A stretch of DNA of 43,202 bases, from contig JBDLWN010000005.1 of assembly GCA_039804225.1 (NCBI GenBank), forward strand, positions 1-43,202, in the 5' to 3' direction. Shown one piece after another: positions 41,760 through 43,202 of this stretch. The DNA is from Chloroflexota bacterium. Its GTDB lineage: Bacteria; Chloroflexota; Limnocylindria; Limnocylindrales; Limnocylindraceae. The position numbers and the translations under genes were made by a program. The notes below the pieces were generated by a model that worked only from the letters and a program-made list of their open reading frames with translations, was not told the DNA's origin and searched no databases. Within the stretch, counting starts at the first letter, position 1. Each line of letters begins with the position of its first letter.

Positions 41760-42464
41760 ATGAAGTCTCGCGTTACCGTCACACTCCTGGCGTTACTCGT
41801 CAGCGTAACGCTCGCTGTGCCCGCGCCAGTCAGCGCAGCCACAAGCGCCGCCGGGGCCTGCAAGACCAACAACACCAAGCTTGGTCTACTCACAGCACTT
41901 GATTGCGTGCTAGTGGCGGAAGAGCGTATCGGTGGCTACTCGCGCTCGCTCTTCAAACACTGGATTGATGCAAACAGGAACGGCAAAAATACACGCGCTG
42001 AAGTGCTGATCGCAGAATCCTTGATTCCTGTGCGATTTACCTCAACAGGCAAGACAGTGAGCTCGGGAAAGTGGTTGAGCCTCTATGACGGGGAGACGTG
42101 GACACAGGCCTCGGACGTCGATGTTGACCATGTGGTTGCGCTTGCTGAAGCGTGGCGTTCTGGCGCATGGAAGTGGTCGGCTGCGCGACGACAAGCCTAT
42201 GCAAATGACTTAGGAGTTGCATGGACGCTGCGAGCAGTGACTGACAACGTCAATCAATCTAAGAGTGATGACGATCCAACCAACTGGCTCCCGCCACTTG
42301 AATCGGCGACCTGCCTCTACCTCACAGAGTGGGTTGCCGTAAAGATTCGCTGGAAGCTCACCGCTGACGCAGAGGAGCGCCAGTCTATTCGCGATGGTTG
42401 GCTCGATGCGCGGTGCTTCGCGCTGGACAAGCCACCGGTGGTAACGGTAAAGATCGCGCCGTAG
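41760..42464 (+). CDS. Secreted HNH-type nuclease of the DUF1524 (GmrSD C-terminal-like) family
   Basis: The signal peptide is MKSRVTVTLLALLVSVTLAVPAPVSA|A. SRSLFKHWID...DVDVDHVVALAEAWRSGA...AYANDL...LRAVTDNVNQSKSDDDPTNWLPP...Y...WVAVKIRW matches the DUF1524 His-Me finger layout (DxDHVxxL...N...N..K.D). Confidence 0.75.
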   Translation: MKSRVTVTLLALLVSVTLAVPAPVSAATSAAGACKTNNTKLGLLTALDCVLVAEERIGGYSRSLFKHWIDANRNGKNTRAEVLIAESLIPVRFTSTGKTVSSGKWLSLYDGETWTQASDVDVDHVVALAEAWRSGAWKWSAARRQAYANDLGVAWTLRAVTDNVNQSKSDDDPTNWLPPLESATCLYLTEWVAVKIRWKLTADAEERQSIRDGWLDARCFALDKPPVVTVKIAP

Positions 42465-42908
42465 TTAGAGACCGAGGTTCGGTCCGTCTCCACCTTTACG
42501 ACCGCGTCGGCGCTTCTTCTCGGGCGCTGCACCTTTGCTTGGCAGCCCGATCTCCACTGGCTTTATCGGCTTGCGTACGCCACCGCGCGCCTGTGCTGCG
42601 GCAACTGCCGCAGATGGGGCAAAGCCTGACGGTGTCGGCGGCATCTCGGTTCGCTGTCGTGGTGCGGGGCGATCTGGTCGGCGTACGATGATCGACCCCT
42701 GTGGCGCACGTCGTAGTGGACGCACCCCCTCGCGCGGCTGTGCCTGATAGGCGATCAACCACAAGAGACCGAGCGCAGCTGGGATGTAAACGAGCCGCTC
42801 GTCGGTGCCGCTCAGGCCAACGACGACAGCGCCAATGCTGACGACTGCAGCAACGACAAAGAGCGGCCGGCGCAGCAGCGGAACAGTGACGAGATCTTGG
42901 TCAGCCAT
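42465..42908 (-). CDS. Hypothetical small membrane protein (2 TM) with a basic disordered tail
   Basis: PLFVVAAVVSIGAVVVGL and VYIPAALGLLWLIAY are followed by a Pro/Arg/Lys-rich tail. There is no Shine-Dalgarno (CTCCTCCCC lies upstream). The gene starts 20 nt downstream of tRNA-Arg, and its stop abuts the convergent nuclease stop with 0 nt between them. Confidence 0.45.
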   Translation of the reverse strand: MADQDLVTVPLLRRPLFVVAAVVSIGAVVVGLSGTDERLVYIPAALGLLWLIAYQAQPREGVRPLRRAPQGSIIVRRPDRPAPRQRTEMPPTPSGFAPSAAVAAAQARGGVRKPIKPVEIGLPSKGAAPEKKRRRGRKGGDGPNLGL

Positions 42909-42928
42909 GGGGAGGAGTCTACTCCGTG

Positions 42929-43005
42929 TGGTGCGCCCGACAGGATTCGAACCTGCGACCTTCTCCTTCGGAGGGAGACGCTCTAATCCACTGAGCTACG
43001 AGCGC
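42929..43005 (-). tRNA. tRNA-Arg (anticodon CCG), with the CCA end encoded
   Basis: The reverse complement folds as a cloverleaf: GCGCTCG-TA-GCTC-AGTGGATTA-GAGC-G-TCTCC-CTCCGAA-GGAGA-AGGTC-GCAGG-TTCGAAT-CCTGT-CGGGCGC-ACCA. It has a 7-bp acceptor stem (one G-U pair), a GTTCGAATC T-loop and the anticodon loop CT-CCG-AA. Confidence 0.92.
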
Positions 43006-43081
43006 GAGGGGTGGCGAGTTTATCAGGGGGTCCCACCAGGTAAATCCGGGGGAAATGATTGAGGGGAAATTGAGGGGAAAT
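43006..43081 (-). promoter_or_regulatory. Putative tRNA-Arg promoter with an upstream phased AT-rich repeat (UP-element-like)
   Basis: The minus strand shows TAAACT (43022-43017, fits TAnnnT) 11 nt upstream of the mature tRNA 5' end. Further upstream are three copies of ATTTCCCC (plus strand GGGGAAAT at 43049, 43063 and 43074), including a perfect tandem 11-mer TGAGGGGAAAT x2 (43060-43081). Confidence 0.3.
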
Positions 43082-43117
43082 ATAAATGAGGCGACCCCCT
43101 TTGACAGGAGTCGCCTC
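43078..43117 (-). terminator. Rho-independent terminator for a minus-strand gene lying beyond the window end
   Basis: The minus strand reads GAGGCGAC-TCC-tgtcaaag-GGG-GTCGCCTC, an 8 bp perfect stem plus 3 more pairs, followed immediately by ATTTATATTT. Confidence 0.5.
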
Positions 43118-43202
43118 AAGCCGATCCGCTTGTGGGACGAACAAGTCAGCCCCGCCCGCTACGCTCAAAGAGCATCTATCACGTCGCCTATAGCGACTAC
43201 CC

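Noticed and set aside
43048-43081. GGGGAAAT repeats as a CRISPR or minisatellite array
   Set aside because: There are only three 8-11-nt units with no spacers of CRISPR length and no cas genes. A promoter-associated phased A/T-tract explains them better.
42929-43202. tRNA-Arg as the attachment site of an integrated element or genomic island
   Set aside because: The window holds no integrase, no direct repeat of the tRNA 3' end and no phage or plasmid genes. The neighbouring genes look chromosomal. The region beyond 43202 is unseen.

Overview
This is a 43.2-kb, high-GC, gene-dense bacterial chromosome segment. I saw no rRNA, CRISPR array, transposase or integrase. The gene content points to Actinomycetota or a closely allied Terrabacteria lineage: a PgsA1/PatA/PimA/Nudix phosphatidylinositol-mannoside cluster, ino1, hspR-lon, a GT39-type mannosyltransferase, and many ATGA/GTGA start-stop overlaps. 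This placement is an inference from gene content only. Layout: (i) 1-3906, a giant fused GT-C glycosyltransferase, 5'-partial. (ii) 3817-7923, a cupin, a small membrane protein, a divergent PurH-like gene, folK, and an NDUFAF7/MidA-like methyltransferase. (iii) 7996-22560, a translationally coupled complex I (nuo) operon in a non-canonical order: A-B-C-D-H-[I(N-half)::E']-F'-[G'(2Fe-2S)::GltD-like::G'(4Fe-4S)::I(C-half)]-J-K-L-M-N. (iv) 22654-29872, an ArsR regulator plus a self-contained PI/PIM lipid cluster (PIP synthase, ino1, two PatA-like acyltransferases, a PHP phosphatase, pimA, and a convergent Nudix gene). (v) On the minus strand: hspR-lon-nudix, an APC permease, rsmG and csoR. (vi) hpt, a membrane protein, a NYN-domain protein with a long disordered tail, holB, an orphan gene, a thioesterase, and a secreted HNH/DUF1524 nuclease. 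(vii) tRNA-Arg(CCG) with an upstream terminator and an AT-rich repeat island. The headline observation is that nuoI appears to be split into two halves that sit on two different polypeptides. A Stn/HoxEFU-like electron-input module (NuoE-like, NuoF-like, and a NuoG-N-terminal domain carrying an inserted GltD-type flavoprotein) is nested between the halves. The canonical NuoE/NuoF cofactor ligands are partly degenerate. All calls come from reading the translated ORFs and the DNA by eye; no searches were run.
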